A DNA stretch of 63,947 nucleotides, counting the filler, from Globobulimina sp. (taxonomy: Eukaryota), in NCBI GenBank assembly GCA_003354225.1. It is 5 parts of 5 records of this genome, joined end to end, with 100 filler letters (N's around TTAATTAATTAA, not from the genome) between each part and the next. Parts side by side here need not be neighbours in the genome. Positions count along the whole stretch, not along the records: positions 26,825 to 39,609 come from PIVH01000010.1; positions 39,710 to 52,087 come from PIVH01000011.1; 3 more parts are not named here. One strand, written 5' to 3'. Numbering within the stretch: the stretch's first letter is position 1; each line of letters begins with the position of its first letter. The notes beneath the pieces were generated by a model. That model made no database searches and was not told the origin of the DNA. It saw nothing but the letters and a program-made list of their open reading frames with translations. This document shows, in pieces, positions 35,079-48,300 of this stretch. Both the position numbers and the translations under genes were made by a program.

Positions 35079-36395
35079 TCATCGTATTGAATTTGAATCA
35101 TGCTCAGAACTTCCTTCATTTGAACTGCTTGAACCAGTTAAGCTTAATACGCAATGCGGTACAATTAGATCGCATTTTTTATATCGCATTTCTTCATCAT
35201 CCTCCAGCTCAGCATTGGTTGCGTTAATATTAACTACCATTGGCGCATCCAAATCGGTTGCAAAATTATCCAATGAAACAGCAGTAATTGGTATTACACC
35301 TTGATTATATAAGTCTGGTGCATCAGCATCAGACAATACGTTATAACCAAATATGGAAAGCTGCCCAGCTCTTTGTAAATAATCAAACGGTAATCTTGAC
35401 TCAATTTGCTTTGCATGTTTTATTAATAAAACATAATCTAAAATAATCCCAATTAATGCAATCAAAACACCGATTGGATTGAACTTCAATACTAAAAATC
35501 CAACGATTAAAAAAAATAAATAAGCTGATCGAATCAGAACTGAATTATAAATCACATTTATATATGATTTAAAGGGTAAGCGATCGTGCGAACTGTGAGA
35601 ACTGTGGCTGTCATCTAATTCTGCATCGCCATCATTTCTTTGCGAGTATTCAAGATCTTTTTGCGTAATTTTACAGCCCGTTACATAGCCTTTATATTAA
35701 TATTAATATCGGAATTATAAAAAAAAAAAATACAAAATCATATACAGTGACACAAATAAATAACCTGTGATTAAATGCATTGGCATAGCAATAACAGCAA
35801 TAATTAAAGTGATTAAAAACAACCATCCAAATAACGAGTACTTGTCATTGTATTTTTTATCATCGTCATGCAATTTAAACGCAGCAAAGGCAGTCCATAA
35901 CATTCCTGTACACATTGAATAACCCAAACCTGTGGCTGTCGATGTGATTGTATGTGCTTTGTTAATTTGATTGAGTGGATCACTGATACTGTCTCGTGAT
36001 TTTAAGGAGAAATATAACTTTAATATTTCTTCGATAAAGACATAATATGTGATTGCTACCATTATAAAAAATAAGTAGCCAACGGAATGATATATACACT
36101 GTGATACGACACATATCGAGGCTATAATCGCTAAACCAATCGATTGTGCGAATATTGATAATAAAGTAATATTAATATATCCGTGAAGGAAGGGTTTAAG
36201 AGTATGATTTAAGGAACAATGCATACGATTTTTATACCACCAACTAATAAATAGAATGAATGGGATTGAAAATAATATGGTACATAGACTAAATTGCCAA
36301 CACCAAATAAATGAGAGAAGCCATGCGATTACAAACAATACAAACCAACAATACACCCAAGGTGATAATGACCTAATTTCGTGTAGCATATTCAT
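35079..36395 (-). CDS. PrsW-like polytopic membrane protein; intron 35764-35690
   Basis: Several TM helices, FIEEILK, GLGYS, PMHLITG; 75-nt GT-AG intron joins the two ORFs in frame. Confidence 0.6.
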
Positions 36396-36478
36396 AATCA
36401 AACACAGAGGAATTCAGTAATTGCAAACGTCAGAAAAATAGTGGAGAAAGTGTTGGCTTTGGATTTTCCTTAGAGACC

Positions 36479-36733
36479 ATGTCAGACATTGTATTTACAC
36501 CAAATAAATTATCATATAAACCAAAACAATCTAAACTATGCGTAACCATTGATGACAAAGTGTGCCTATCGATTAACCGTCGCGATGAATTTGGCATTGT
36601 TCGATTTATTGGATGTCTAACTGGCAAAGGATCAGACTCATATTACTATGGCGTAGAATTAAGTAATACCATCAACCAAAACACTAATATATCAACAACA
36701 AAAAAACGAACAGGATATCGAACAAAAAAATAG
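36479..36733 (+). CDS. Short CAP-Gly-like ORF, probably truncated
   Basis: GIVRFIG...YYGVELS matches the first half of CAP-Gly; GKNDG motif absent. Confidence 0.45.
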   Translation: MSDIVFTPNKLSYKPKQSKLCVTIDDKVCLSINRRDEFGIVRFIGCLTGKGSDSYYYGVELSNTINQNTNISTTKKRTGYRTKK

Positions 36734-36754
36734 AGCAGACTAGAAATAAAAAAA

Positions 36755-37900
36755 TCATTTTGTTTGGTTTCTGTTCTGTTGTTGATCGATGTTGTTTTGA
36801 CTGATGATATTACTCTTTATCTCAATCCTCTCTTTAATCCATTCAACAGTATCAATAATACAATCAGGTTCTTCTTGATATAATGCATGTCCTCTCCCTT
36901 CATATATTTTGATTGTTTTATCAGTTTGGTGACATCCACAGTTTTCATAAAAATCTTTACTAAAATTACAGTCAGTCACTTTGTCCTCGTTTCCATGACC
37001 AATAAACAGTGGAACATTTAGTTTAACTTTGTCCCTTCCAAAACACTCCGTAACATTGAACAAATTCCATCCTGTAATCAACGACAATCGTTGTTGATAC
37101 AACAATGGATTCTCTTCAATCAGTGCTCTTAGTTCCAAATCACTTGTTAGACCCTCCGGTCCTGCTCCATTTGGTAATAATTTTGCTTTTGGGCAACATG
37201 GCAAACAGCAACATCTCAAACATGATATCGCACATTGCGGTGGTTTTGCTTCCTCTGCAATTCCAATCATCGGACAAACAGCAACTAGTCCTTTCCATTT
37301 ATTATTTGCCGATTTCAATGCAATTTTTATAGCAATAGCTCCTCCCATTGATGCTCCACTGTATTTTTTTTTAAGTTAAATTAATGTGATTTATAATTGT
37401 TTTTTTTTTGCATATATATACCTTATGAAATAATTGTTTGTTTTATGGATTGTATCAGCATAGATTTCGTGTGATTTTATGTATTTATTTATGACGTAAT
37501 CAAAAGCCCACATTCCTTCATCAACAATGTCAACATCAAAATCCTGGACATGTACAAAATCTCCATCTGATCGACCATGTCCTTTCCAATCGCACATAAA
37601 TACAACAAATCCCATTTCTGCATATTTGCAGCCAACATCATGAGTCAGCCATTCTATATTGTCCGCAAACCCGATACAATAACAAATCATTGCTTTGGCA
37701 TCTCGCGGGTTTTTCGGCTCAAATAATTTGCCAAAAAGTGATGTACCGTCTGGCTTTTTAATATATTCAGTGGTTATTTTGACTGTCGATGATTCTTTTG
37801 GAAGGAATTGATTTTCATTCAAGATTCTTCTACGTCCGGGTCCCGTATCCGTTTCTCGTGGACAATTGCATGTTTTACAGCAAGTTACGAGAGAACCCAT
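36755..37900 (-). CDS. Monoacylglycerol lipase-like alpha/beta hydrolase; intron 37421-37359
   Basis: DWKGHGRSDG; splicing gives nucleophile elbow GASMGG; HGNEDKVT, YEGRGH; MG..CC N-terminus. Confidence 0.88.
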
Positions 37901-37973
37901 TGTTTTAATAGTTAAGTTGAAAAAATAACGACGAGATTTTAGGCTTATCCTTGCGCTTCAAAGTGATGACAAT

Positions 37974-38414
37974 CTATTTATTCTCATAGATTGAGGCAAG
38001 TTGTTTGCTGCTCAGTTTTTCCTTTTTCTCATCTTTGTAAACAGGAACAATCAATTTCTGTTTGATTGCAAAATCAGCCAACATATCTTTTTTGTTATCA
38101 ACGTCCTTTGAAACATCATCAATTTGTTTGCTTAAATGGGCGCCTTGTTCCAATAATTTGGGAATTACCGTAGTTGCAGTCATTTCAACCAATACTCCAT
38201 CCACAGAATACCATGTTTTACGATCTTTTGGTACAGATTTTAATATTTCCAGAACTTGCTGGACCTCAGATTTTTTCATTTGCATTTCGGCCACACGTGT
38301 TGCTAACATTTGAACTTCTCGCTGAGCCGCAGTGAATTGTTGCACTGCTAATTGTTGCCGCACTTCCTCCTCACTTGCTATTGGGTTGGAGGCAGATTTT
38401 TGTTCCAATGCCAT
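37974..38414 (-). CDS. PFDN2: Prefoldin beta subunit, most like subunit 2
   Basis: Coiled coils flanking DRKTWYSVDGVLVEMT...VIPKL. Confidence 0.7.
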   Translation of the reverse strand: MALEQKSASNPIASEEEVRQQLAVQQFTAAQREVQMLATRVAEMQMKKSEVQQVLEILKSVPKDRKTWYSVDGVLVEMTATTVIPKLLEQGAHLSKQIDDVSKDVDNKKDMLADFAIKQKLIVPVYKDEKKEKLSSKQLASIYENK

Positions 38415-38489
38415 TGTTATTTACAGCAAAAAAGTTTCAGGGTTTGACTCTAAATAGCCATGCATGGCGCTATAAATACAGCAAACTGG

Positions 38490-39609
38490 TCAATGAAACA
38501 GTTCTTTTAGTTGATTCAAACACAATTTCGCCAAATCACGCGTTGCAAAATCAGTATCATGCGAAGTCATAGTGAACAAATTCTCGACTAAACCATTTAA
38601 TTGCGAGATAAACCAATTTTCTTCTTGTAAAATATAGGCAGGAACATGTAATAAAATGCGAGATAATACAAAAACAGCAGTTCTTCGTATTTCTTGCAGT
38701 TTGTGATGAAAATATATTGCCAAAACCAAGTCAAATATATCCTTTGCAATGGTCAGCGTATGAATGCCATACTTACCACTACACTCAATGCAACAGCCCA
38801 AAGTAAATAATATCCGAGTATGTAAGACAGGAAAATCAAACAAAAATGATTCATTATCATTATAACCATTCAATATTGGATATACAAATTGTGTCGCAAC
38901 TGTTGAAAATTTATTCTCTTTCAATGGAACATGTTTTGGTTTGGATGCCCACCGCTTTGTTTTCATTGCAATTCTCGCATCGATTATTTTCCATCTTTCC
39001 TTCTCTGCAATGGACTGATTCTGAGTAATAATCGACAAATCATTCCCATCCACCTTCATTTCATCCCCTTTATGTTTCTTCTTTCCTTTATCATCCACAC
39101 CAATACCGGTATACCTTTCATTTAATGCCGATAAATTACCCATTTCTCGAGCTGCGTCCACTAAAACAGTCAATATCTCCAACTTAACCCCGACAGACCA
39201 CTCTTTCGTATACAATTGCTGTGGTAGAAAGTGCAATATCTCAGCTGGACAGACCACAATCAATGAAACTAACGCACTTCTTTTATAAATGGCAAAATCC
39301 GCAATTTTATACTCATTTTGTAAATGCAACAATATACGGCACAATGCGACACAACAATGCTTTAAATCGGACGGATTATTTCGAATCAAAGTATGTGCCG
39401 CAACCAGTCCTGATTCTATTTTGTCTGCGTTGTCTTTGGAGTTCAATAAATCCAAACAATCTGCAATGTAGGAGGGTAAGCCTACTTTTCTTAAATCTTC
39501 TTCATCGTCGGATAATGAGTATGGCTCAAATTCACTGTCCTCGTTATTACCAGCATCATCATCGCTGTCTGTGCTCCATACATTAGCATCATCAGCGTCC
39601 TGCTCTGCA
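38490..39609 (-). CDS. TELO2: Telomere length regulation protein TEL2, C-terminal part (5' cut by contig end)
   Basis: Acidic DSDD...FEPYSLSDD, P.YIADCLDLL, LCRILLHLQN, KTKRW motifs. Confidence 0.8.
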
Positions 39610-39709
39610 NNNNNNNNNNNNNNNNNNNNNNNNNNNNNNNNNNNNNNNNNNNNTTAATTAATTAANNNNNNNNNNNNNNNNNNNNNNNNNNNNNNNNNNN
39701 NNNNNNNNN
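39610..39709. other. Artificial contig linker
   Basis: N-run + TTAATTAATTAA + N-run. Confidence 0.99.
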
Positions 39710-39716
39710 TGTATGT

Positions 39717-40523
39717 GTGTTGTTGTTGTTGTTTATTTGGTTGCATTTTCTTTTTCTATGCATTTTGTGTCAGAAAAACAACATAAATACTATGCAGAAG
39801 TCCGATTTCAGGCTCTTAGATATTGACAGTTTCTTGACTATTGCTGAGTTTTTTGGCGAAATGTCAACTGTCTCAGCAAAGTGTTTCCTAATATCGATAT
39901 CATCGGCCATCACCATCGTACGATCACAGCTTCCCCTGAATTCAACAAACATTATCGATTACAATACATCCACATCCACAGAAACTGATGCTGGACAAAC
40001 TAATAACATATTGAATGATATTAAACAATGTTTAGAATTTGGACATGAAATATTTAAAGAACGGCACAATGATACATGTTTTATAACCATTATAGTGGCA
40101 CTTGTAGTGGTTGTATTGATAATCGTCTGTTGTTGTATTTGTTTTTTTCAACATTGTCGAAACAGAGGAAAATCAAAAGAACGAAAAAAGAAACGGGATG
40201 CAAGAAAAGCAAATGCTGCAAATAAACGAAGAGAAAAGAAATATACAAAAACAAACAGCATTAACAGTGGTATTGTTCAATTGGAAGCACTTCAAAACCC
40301 AGATATTGTTTGTATATTAACTATATTTATACATATTTCATGTTTGCTATCCTTGCACGATCGATATTTGTTTCTGATAATATGTAAATTAATTAAATTG
40401 CAGGTGACGCCTGATGTAAATTATAGAGCAGAAATAGGATCCGATGAGGAAGAAGTTGGAAATGTCCAAAATGATTCTGAAGATTCAAGTTTTGTTGAAC
40501 CAGAATGCATGCCTGAAGTTTAA
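39717..40523 (+). CDS. Single-pass membrane protein, hypothetical (probable in-frame intron 40308-40403; start uncertain)
   Basis: TM FITIIVALVVVVLIIVCCCIC followed by basic tract; GT...CAG segment. Confidence 0.55.
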   Translation: MLLLLFIWLHFLFLCILCQKNNINTMQKSDFRLLDIDSFLTIAEFFGEMSTVSAKCFLISISSAITIVRSQLPLNSTNIIDYNTSTSTETDAGQTNNILNDIKQCLEFGHEIFKERHNDTCFITIIVALVVVVLIIVCCCICFFQHCRNRGKSKERKKKRDARKANAANKRREKKYTKTNSINSGIVQLEALQNPDIVCILTIFIHISCLLSLHDRYLFLIICKLIKLQVTPDVNYRAEIGSDEEEVGNVQNDSEDSSFVEPECMPEV

Positions 40524-40742
40524 ATATGGTGTAAAATGTAAATGAAGTTGTTCATTTGTGTATTTAAACATTGTGCTAAATGTACGTTTATGATCAAAGA
40601 TTTTGCATTATTCTACTAGTTCAAACAAAGGAAAACCTAGCATCAACATTGATAATCTGTGAGCCTGGAGTCAGACTTAGAACCTGACTGAATTTTGACC
40701 CACTACTACTATTGATTACTTGCTTTATTTAGTTAGTTTATT

Positions 40743-41498
40743 ATGGGTTGTTGTGCATCGCAAAGAGGTCGTGTGTATAAGTCATTGCTACAAAACAAGA
40801 ATAAAGAAACACGAGGCAATGAGGATAATGCAGCGATGTTGATCTCATATATACTACGTCAAGATGGAGATATTTATGATATGCATATACCACACTGTAT
40901 AAATTATTTATGTTTGCAATATTTTTATGAAAACACTAATGTGACATTTTATGATTATGATGGTTGCAATTCGCGCAATGTAGCTATTGGAAAGAATGGC
41001 AAACAAATAAGAGTAACATCAAACACCATCTTTATATTTAGCAATGCAGGATATGATTCAGGATATCATTGGTGGAGCGTCAAGTTATTGAATGTATACA
41101 ACTGCCAAGCTTTGGGTATCTGTGAACATAACGATTCAAGCTATAGGTACGGATATAATATATTTGATTGTGAGTTAAATAAACAATTAGGTGATAGATA
41201 TATTTATGCTGGAGATACCAACCATGGATGGATGGGTTCAACAGAAATGAGACCGTATATATTATCTGCTTCTGATAATAAATTAAAATATAATAAAAAA
41301 TTAAAATTAAAAAATAATCGATGGGAAAGTGGTGATATTATTACAGTAGAATTAAACTGCAATCATGATCCGTGGACCATTACATTTTTAAAAAATAGTC
41401 ACTATTTAGCTGATAAAATCAATATTGTTAATAAAACAATGTATTATCCTGTTTTCCAGGTTTATCAACGTGGAACTTTTCAAATTGTTGATGATTGA
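40743..41498 (+). CDS. Dually acylated SPRY/B30.2-like protein
   Basis: MGCC N-terminus; GYHWWSVK, GDIITVELN, ITFLKN, YYPVF. Confidence 0.65.
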   Translation: MGCCASQRGRVYKSLLQNKNKETRGNEDNAAMLISYILRQDGDIYDMHIPHCINYLCLQYFYENTNVTFYDYDGCNSRNVAIGKNGKQIRVTSNTIFIFSNAGYDSGYHWWSVKLLNVYNCQALGICEHNDSSYRYGYNIFDCELNKQLGDRYIYAGDTNHGWMGSTEMRPYILSASDNKLKYNKKLKLKNNRWESGDIITVELNCNHDPWTITFLKNSHYLADKINIVNKTMYYPVFQVYQRGTFQIVDD

Positions 41499-41742
41499 TA
41501 ATCACGAATTGCAAATTGTTGTTTTCTGCAGTTTTAATTTCCGCTGAGTGATTGAAATGTTTCTGTAGAAGTCCTAAAAATATTCAGTGTCATGGCATTT
41601 CACACATATTCTATTTGTTTTTTTATCGGAAAGCCCTATTCAATAATCTTAATTGTTGTTCTTCTGCCTCTAAATCAAGTGCTTAATATTTGTTTTTGTT
41701 TTTTTTTGGTTGGATTTAACAGAAACAAAAGTTTCCCCCAAC

Positions 41743-42261
41743 ATGGCAGAACAAAAGAAGGCGGAATCAAATCCGGATTGTCCAGTTATGCTTTATTACA
41801 TATTATACATTGTTTGTTGTATCATGACCGCCAGGACAAATTTTTAGCTATTTATCAATGGAAAATGCCGCATTGCTCTTCCAGTCAAAGAAGGAGCGGG
41901 TTCTTTACCATTACATATTAAAATGGGATGGGACTGGGAGTCAGATCTTGATCTTATGTATCACTTAACATTTGAAGGGCATTTATATATGGCACACAAG
42001 CCTATTTTCGCGATAGCTGTCGGATACTTATATTTGCAAAATGGCCTTCACCATGATGGTGTTTCTCATATAACAGAGGCTGTTAAAGTGAGTACGTATA
42101 AATCAAGTGATGGCAAATTAACATTTAAATTGGAACCCACCGCGGATTGGCACGCCTCATGTTTAAATATAACATTATTGGAAGGAGTCAACCATTGGCA
42201 CCAAACAGCTATGAAAACAATTAAAATGTGGGATTTTGGTCACAGCAAAAATGATTTGTAA
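41743..42261 (+). CDS. Hypothetical protein; intron 41785-41847
   Basis: MAEQKKAESNPDCP spliced in phase 0 (63-nt GT-AG) to LFINGKC...MGWDWE. Confidence 0.55.
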
Positions 42262-42326
42262 TTTTACACACAGTATATATATATTGTAATAAATGTATTT
42301 GTTCCTAAATAGTAGTGAGAGCACAT

Positions 42327-45300
42327 TCAGCCGGGGTCATAATCCGGCTCCATGCTCACCGATTGCTTAAACATCCCGGTGAGGGTATTAATTTGGTTGA
42401 ACGAAACCCCATAGGGGAAACGAAACAATTTGTATTTTGCATATTGGACAGAATTGAAATGGATTACTATTTGATTAGAATTGAGAGGGTGCGCCCTGCC
42501 AACGTCAGCTAAGGAGTCTGCAACTGCGTTGAAGGGTTGTTGTTTTGGGGTGGTGTGGGATTTGACTTTCCACAGGATTGCATTAATGGATTTGATGTAA
42601 GATTGAGTTTGAATGAAAAGATCTGAATTAATCATTTTGGTAATGTTTCTGGGTGTGGTGATTAGGGGCATGTAATTACAGAGCGAGTCTGTGAAAATCA
42701 GAACGCGTCTATGTTGGGTACTGATTTTAAGATGCTTTATTAGGAAGTTGGACTTGAGGATCGCATATAGTTCCCCAAAGTGATTAGATTGTGAGCCTAT
42801 CGGCTGAGTGTAGCAATGGATGTTATTATGGTCTTTAATAAATATCCCTATTCCAGTTAGATTGGTGTGGGGGTCATGAGAGGAGTCAGTGGCAACTATT
42901 AGATCGGTGCTGCGTATTTTGTATTTGTAGTTGTGCCACTCTGTGATGTTATCATTCCTGATGTGAAATATTATGGAATTGTTGGGGATAATGTTGTATT
43001 TCTTTCTTATTCCTGGGATTGTGGTGACAGAGTGGTTTATATTGTACACGTGATAGAGCCAGCGATGGGTCTGGGAAATGAGATTACGAAGCAAGGTATT
43101 TTTATTGGTGTTTATATTAATGGTATTGTGGTGGTATATAAATTGGTTGGTTTGTACATCATAGTAGTTTGCACCACATATAACTCTCCAGAATTGGGAT
43201 TTGTTTATGTTTACGTTTGTGCAGAGCTCAATGAGTCTTTGCATGAAAATTTGATTATGTATTTTGTCAATGGCTGCTCCATTTTTGGCGAAGGTAAAGT
43301 TGGCGTAGCTCCAGTATTCGTGTCGTAGAGTGTCGAGGGCCGGGCAAGTGACAATTAAATGTGTCTCAATTGGTTTGGCTGTTTGGTTGCCACATAGGTG
43401 GCAGAAGTTGGCTGTTTGGTTAAAGTTATAAAAAAGGGCTCTGTAATATGTTATCATTTGGTCATTGACATATTCTGCCAACTCGTTATTTTCATATATA
43501 TTCATCGGTCTGTAGTCACTGGTGATGTGATTCAGGGTTCTGAGAGGGTGATGGCGGTTTAATTTATTCACAATGTGTGTATGTTGATTGGTGACAATAA
43601 TTGGTCGTATTTGGAATGGATGGTCAACTGTGTCGAATGGGTCGATTGTGATGGGACCATTCGGAGTATGGTGTAATTGTAGAGGCAGCCATTTATTTTT
43701 GAGATTGGCATATTGTTTGTAGAGTTTATAATGATGGATATGGGGTAATTTGGTCCAGTGATGCATGTGTGAGATGTTGCCACCTCTCAAGAGTTTGTAA
43801 TAAAATACTAATTTTAGGGAAACCCAACGTTCATAAGGCGTTGGAATGCCAGCCCAAAGATAAAGCTGTTCTGGGACAAATTGTTTTATATTGGTTTGTC
43901 TTTTGATTGCTTGTAACTGCTTTTCTGTGGCTTCTTTTAGATTGATATCGTCACAATCTAGTACTTGCGCGAATATTTCGGTATATACTAAATAAAATGT
44001 TTTAAGGATTCTTATCTTGTCATCGAGCGAAATAAACTGGTGGTTAAAGTCAAGGTTGGCCAAAATGCGGGCTTTTTCATCAAGTTTTTTTAGGAACCTT
44101 CGGTTGGTGTATTGGGTCGACACCAGGTTGGTGTTGTCGTAGCTGCACAACATTGCCCCTAGATAACGAATGAATGTTGTGCAGTTTAGTCGTTCTCCAT
44201 ATAGGCTGAGTTTCAAGTGCATTACAGACGGTGCATATGTACGGTCATAACGTATATTTTCCCACATTATGGGAAATGGTTTATTTGTCAAAGAGTCATA
44301 AAATTTGGAATGCGCCAGAAATTGAGACAGAAAGCTCGATGGGATTTCGTTTTTATTATACGTTTGTATTTGATTATTTATGTTGATGCCGATAATGTTG
44401 TTATTGATAGGTTTTTGGATCAAGAGCATTGGGGCCGGAATGGTCATGTTTGTGTTCATTATTTCGTTGTATTCACATTGAATTAAGTTTCGATCATCAA
44501 TACTATACTCATTAATGTTATTCATATTTATGGAATTGTCATTGTATATTATTGAGCTGCATTTTTTATGATTAAATCGATAATTCCAACGTATACTGTG
44601 TCTCTCACACACATTTATTAGTCTTCGCAAGTCAGATATTTTGTTAGCTGCTAAAATGATGTCGTCCACGTAAAAGACGCAGGCAATTTTTTCATTCGTG
44701 TCAGGTGAATGTGCTCCTTTATTTGTGTTTTGTAGTTCGAAGATCAAGTCATTCAGGAAAGCGGCATAAAGGACCGGGGATAATACAGAGCCTTGCAAGA
44801 CTCCATTATGTAGTAAGAATTTGTTGGTTATGAACGGTATATCTCGTATTGCCGAGTGCGAGTTATTGTATATAGCTTTTAGTATTTTGCAAAGATTCAG
44901 AGGAATATTGAAGTCATTATGTAGCTTAAAGAGGAGGCCTTTGCGCCATACAGAGTCAAACGCCTTGCGGATGTCAAGTAAGGAGCAGTATAATGGGACA
45001 TTACGCATTTTTGCAGTTTCGGCAATGGCATTCAGCGCACCTATTTGTTCTGGAACACCACGTTTAGCTCTATTGCCGCCTTGTAGTATATGTAGGTTTT
45101 TGCGGAATTTATGGGAGATGTTCATTTCCCACAAAATCAATCTCTCGTAAGCTTTGAAGATGATTGGTAGGAGAGTTATGGGTCGATATTGATTTGGCGT
45201 GTTGCCATTGGGAGTTTTTAAGATTGGGATAATGGAACCGAGACGAAAGGCATATGGAATATGGAAGGTGTTGTTCCACGCATTAAATAGGATGGACAGT

Positions 45301-48300
45301 AGTTCGTTTATTTGAGAAGGGCTGGTTTTTAGGTGCACGGATTTGATACCATCGTAACCGGGGGCACTATTTTGGTTGGCATAGCCAAGCGCCATTTCAA
45401 CGGAGCTGTATTTGTTTGGTTCATCGTTAAGTGTGATTTCCATTGACTGTTTTTCATCATTTTCTTGTGTAATTGTCCTTTCTGGCAGGTATCCGGGAGT
45501 TTGTTGTTGTATATCACTTATAACAACGTCGTCGTCAGAATCATGATTGGAAGTACTTTGTGTTTCAAGTTGGTGCAAATCATTTATTAGTGGCTGTGTT
45601 GCCGGGACAAAGTGGGGGTCATAGTGGGGAACAAATGGATTTATAGTATCATTATGATGGTAAATTTCGTCTGGTGGCGTATGGATTGGTTCCAGAGGGG
45701 GAGGCACAGTATTTTGTGGAGCATCGCTGTCGTTGTCAGGGATGTTTGGAATGAATTTTATATGGTTTGGAATCTGTGTATCTAAGCTGTCATTAAAGTC
45801 ATTTATATCACGGATTTTATTGTTAGTGGTAGGGTCTGGCACAGGGCCGTTTATTTTACCAAAGAACTGGGATAACGCCACATTTTTGTCCATAATGCGA
45901 TTGTTATAATGTAAGTATGGTTCGTCTAAGATAAATGTGGTATTATTATTGTGGCGTTTGAAAGTTTTCAGTTTCTGGGAGTGATCCAAATTATCAAACT
46001 GCAGCGTGTTTCGGGTAAGTAGGTTCTGTCTATTTTGAACAAACTCATTTTCAGCATCGATTATTAATTGTTTGGCTTCTGCAGTGTTTGTGTTATCTGT
46101 GTTCATTAGGATACGTTGGCGAATATTAATTGAGATCTGTTTTTGTGTGATATTGGACCAACTGTCCATTGCATTGAAGTCACTGACACCAAATGCTTTG
46201 ATGGAGGCAAGGTGTAGAATGTACATTGCTGTTATGGAGGTGATATGGGAGAGGTATTTTAGGTGAGTTTCGTTGGTGAAACGATCTATATTCGCCGAGA
46301 ATTTCTGGAGGTGTTTTATTTTACTTTCAAGTATTTTATGGTGTATAGCTGTTAGATGGCCATTGGGTTTGTGGTGACGAAGAATGAAATGTTTGTCAAT
46401 GATTGTTGTTGTGCATTTGGTGTCATTTAAGGAGAAAATTACTGGGCGGTGATCCATGAATATCGGGTGTGTATCTACCTTCATTGTCTTTATCGAATTG
46501 AGGTTTTCTGTAATCACATAATCAATAATTGAGCCTCCATTGTTATTGATTCCTTTTGCTAGACAGGTAAGGAAATTTGGTGCAAATTGAGGGTTGGCAA
46601 TTTTTAGGTTGGTGGTATCTAACAAATTTTTCATGTATTTGTAATGAGGATTGGTGTTGTGATCCATTGTCAGTGTACCCATTCTAGCATTAAAGTCGCC
46701 GATGACGTACATATTGGTGCATTTTGGCTTATATTTATTGATGTCATTTATCAGGTTTTGGTAGAACGCTGTACTGCGCGCAATTTTGTCTGGTTTATAA
46801 GTGCGCGCATAATTTATTGCAACGTAAATAGGTTTGGTTTGGTCCTGACAGGATATTGATATCCACACTGTGTTATGCCCTCTGGTTTTATTAATAAGAT
46901 TAATTTTGTTTTTTAGTGTGGATTTATGATATATCAAAATGCCACCTACATTCTTGGGGTTGCGTGTGGTGTTTGGTGACTTATGAATGGTCAGTCGATA
47001 GCCTGGCAGATTCCAATTGGGTCGGCCAACACATCTGGTGTCTATTAGACAGATTATATCTAATTTATGGTGGATTATTAATTGTTGCATATATGGGTGC
47101 AGTTGATTTATTTTTGTTTTTGCGCTGCCGTTGATGTTCAAAAATCCGATTTTTATGTTTTTTATTTGGATTTTGGTGGCAGTGATTGGCTCAATATCTG
47201 GGGCATATATCTGCATGAATGGATATTTTAAAATGATTTGCGGGATATCTGCAACAGTGTGTTGTTTATTATTTACATGCTGTTGTATGACTTTATTGAC
47301 TAAATTATTTTTATATTCGCGCAGGTTATAGTGTCTTGTTCGTAGTTTGTTTACTGCATATTTGTACATTTGGTTGAGGGATATTATTGCATTGTTCTTG
47401 CTGTTGTTGATCCAGTTGTTTCTGTGCAGGCTATGCAATCGTATGTTTATATGGGAGTTTGTGGATTCCCAATGATTTTTTATGTCCTTTGTCTTTATAT
47501 TGGTGGGAATGAACCATTTTATGTGGTATTTATTATATTTGACAGACTGTTGTAAGATCGGAGTGTTAACAACGTACTCGTTTTTGATTATAAAATTGTA
47601 TAAACGGAGTATATTACTGGGACTTTTGTTAAAGGCATGCAACTGTTCATATCCTGTTTGTTCTACCGTTTCTTTTAAATATGGTATCTTTTTAAAACGG
47701 AGTTTAATGTTATGAGGGAAAGCGTTTTTTATGTAGAATTTAATTGGATGGTAGCGATGTTGTGGCATTCTCAAAGTGATCCACCGCAGAGATTTGTCCA
47801 TAATTATCTTAATATGTCTGTAGAACTTTCTTAATCTGTATTGATGTTTTTCAATGAATTTAAAGAGTAAATGGGTGTCCGTGTGGAGTTTGGTGCTTAT
47901 CATATAGCCACTATTGTAGCGTTCTGCAAGTGGGTGTTTAAAGTGATTGAAATAATTATAAATTGAATAACTAGTTTTTTTTGTGGTGAAATACGTGTTT
48001 GATTGTTTGATTTGTGTTTGGTGTAAAAGTGGGTCAACGCGGTGACTCATTTTTACACGGTTGATAATTATGTCATTAATTTTCAGAGAGCGACGACAGA
48101 TGATAAAATTATTAAAATTAATTGAAACGGGCACAATATCAATGGTTGTAAATGAAGAGAAAGTTGCATTTACAGCTTTGTAAATACGGGTGCCGTTATT
48201 CACACAGATTAAGGTTGAAAAAGAACAAAAAAGGGAAAAAGTAAAAATGTTGGAAAAACAAATGAAATGGAATAATAAACGTATAATAGACTGTATGATC

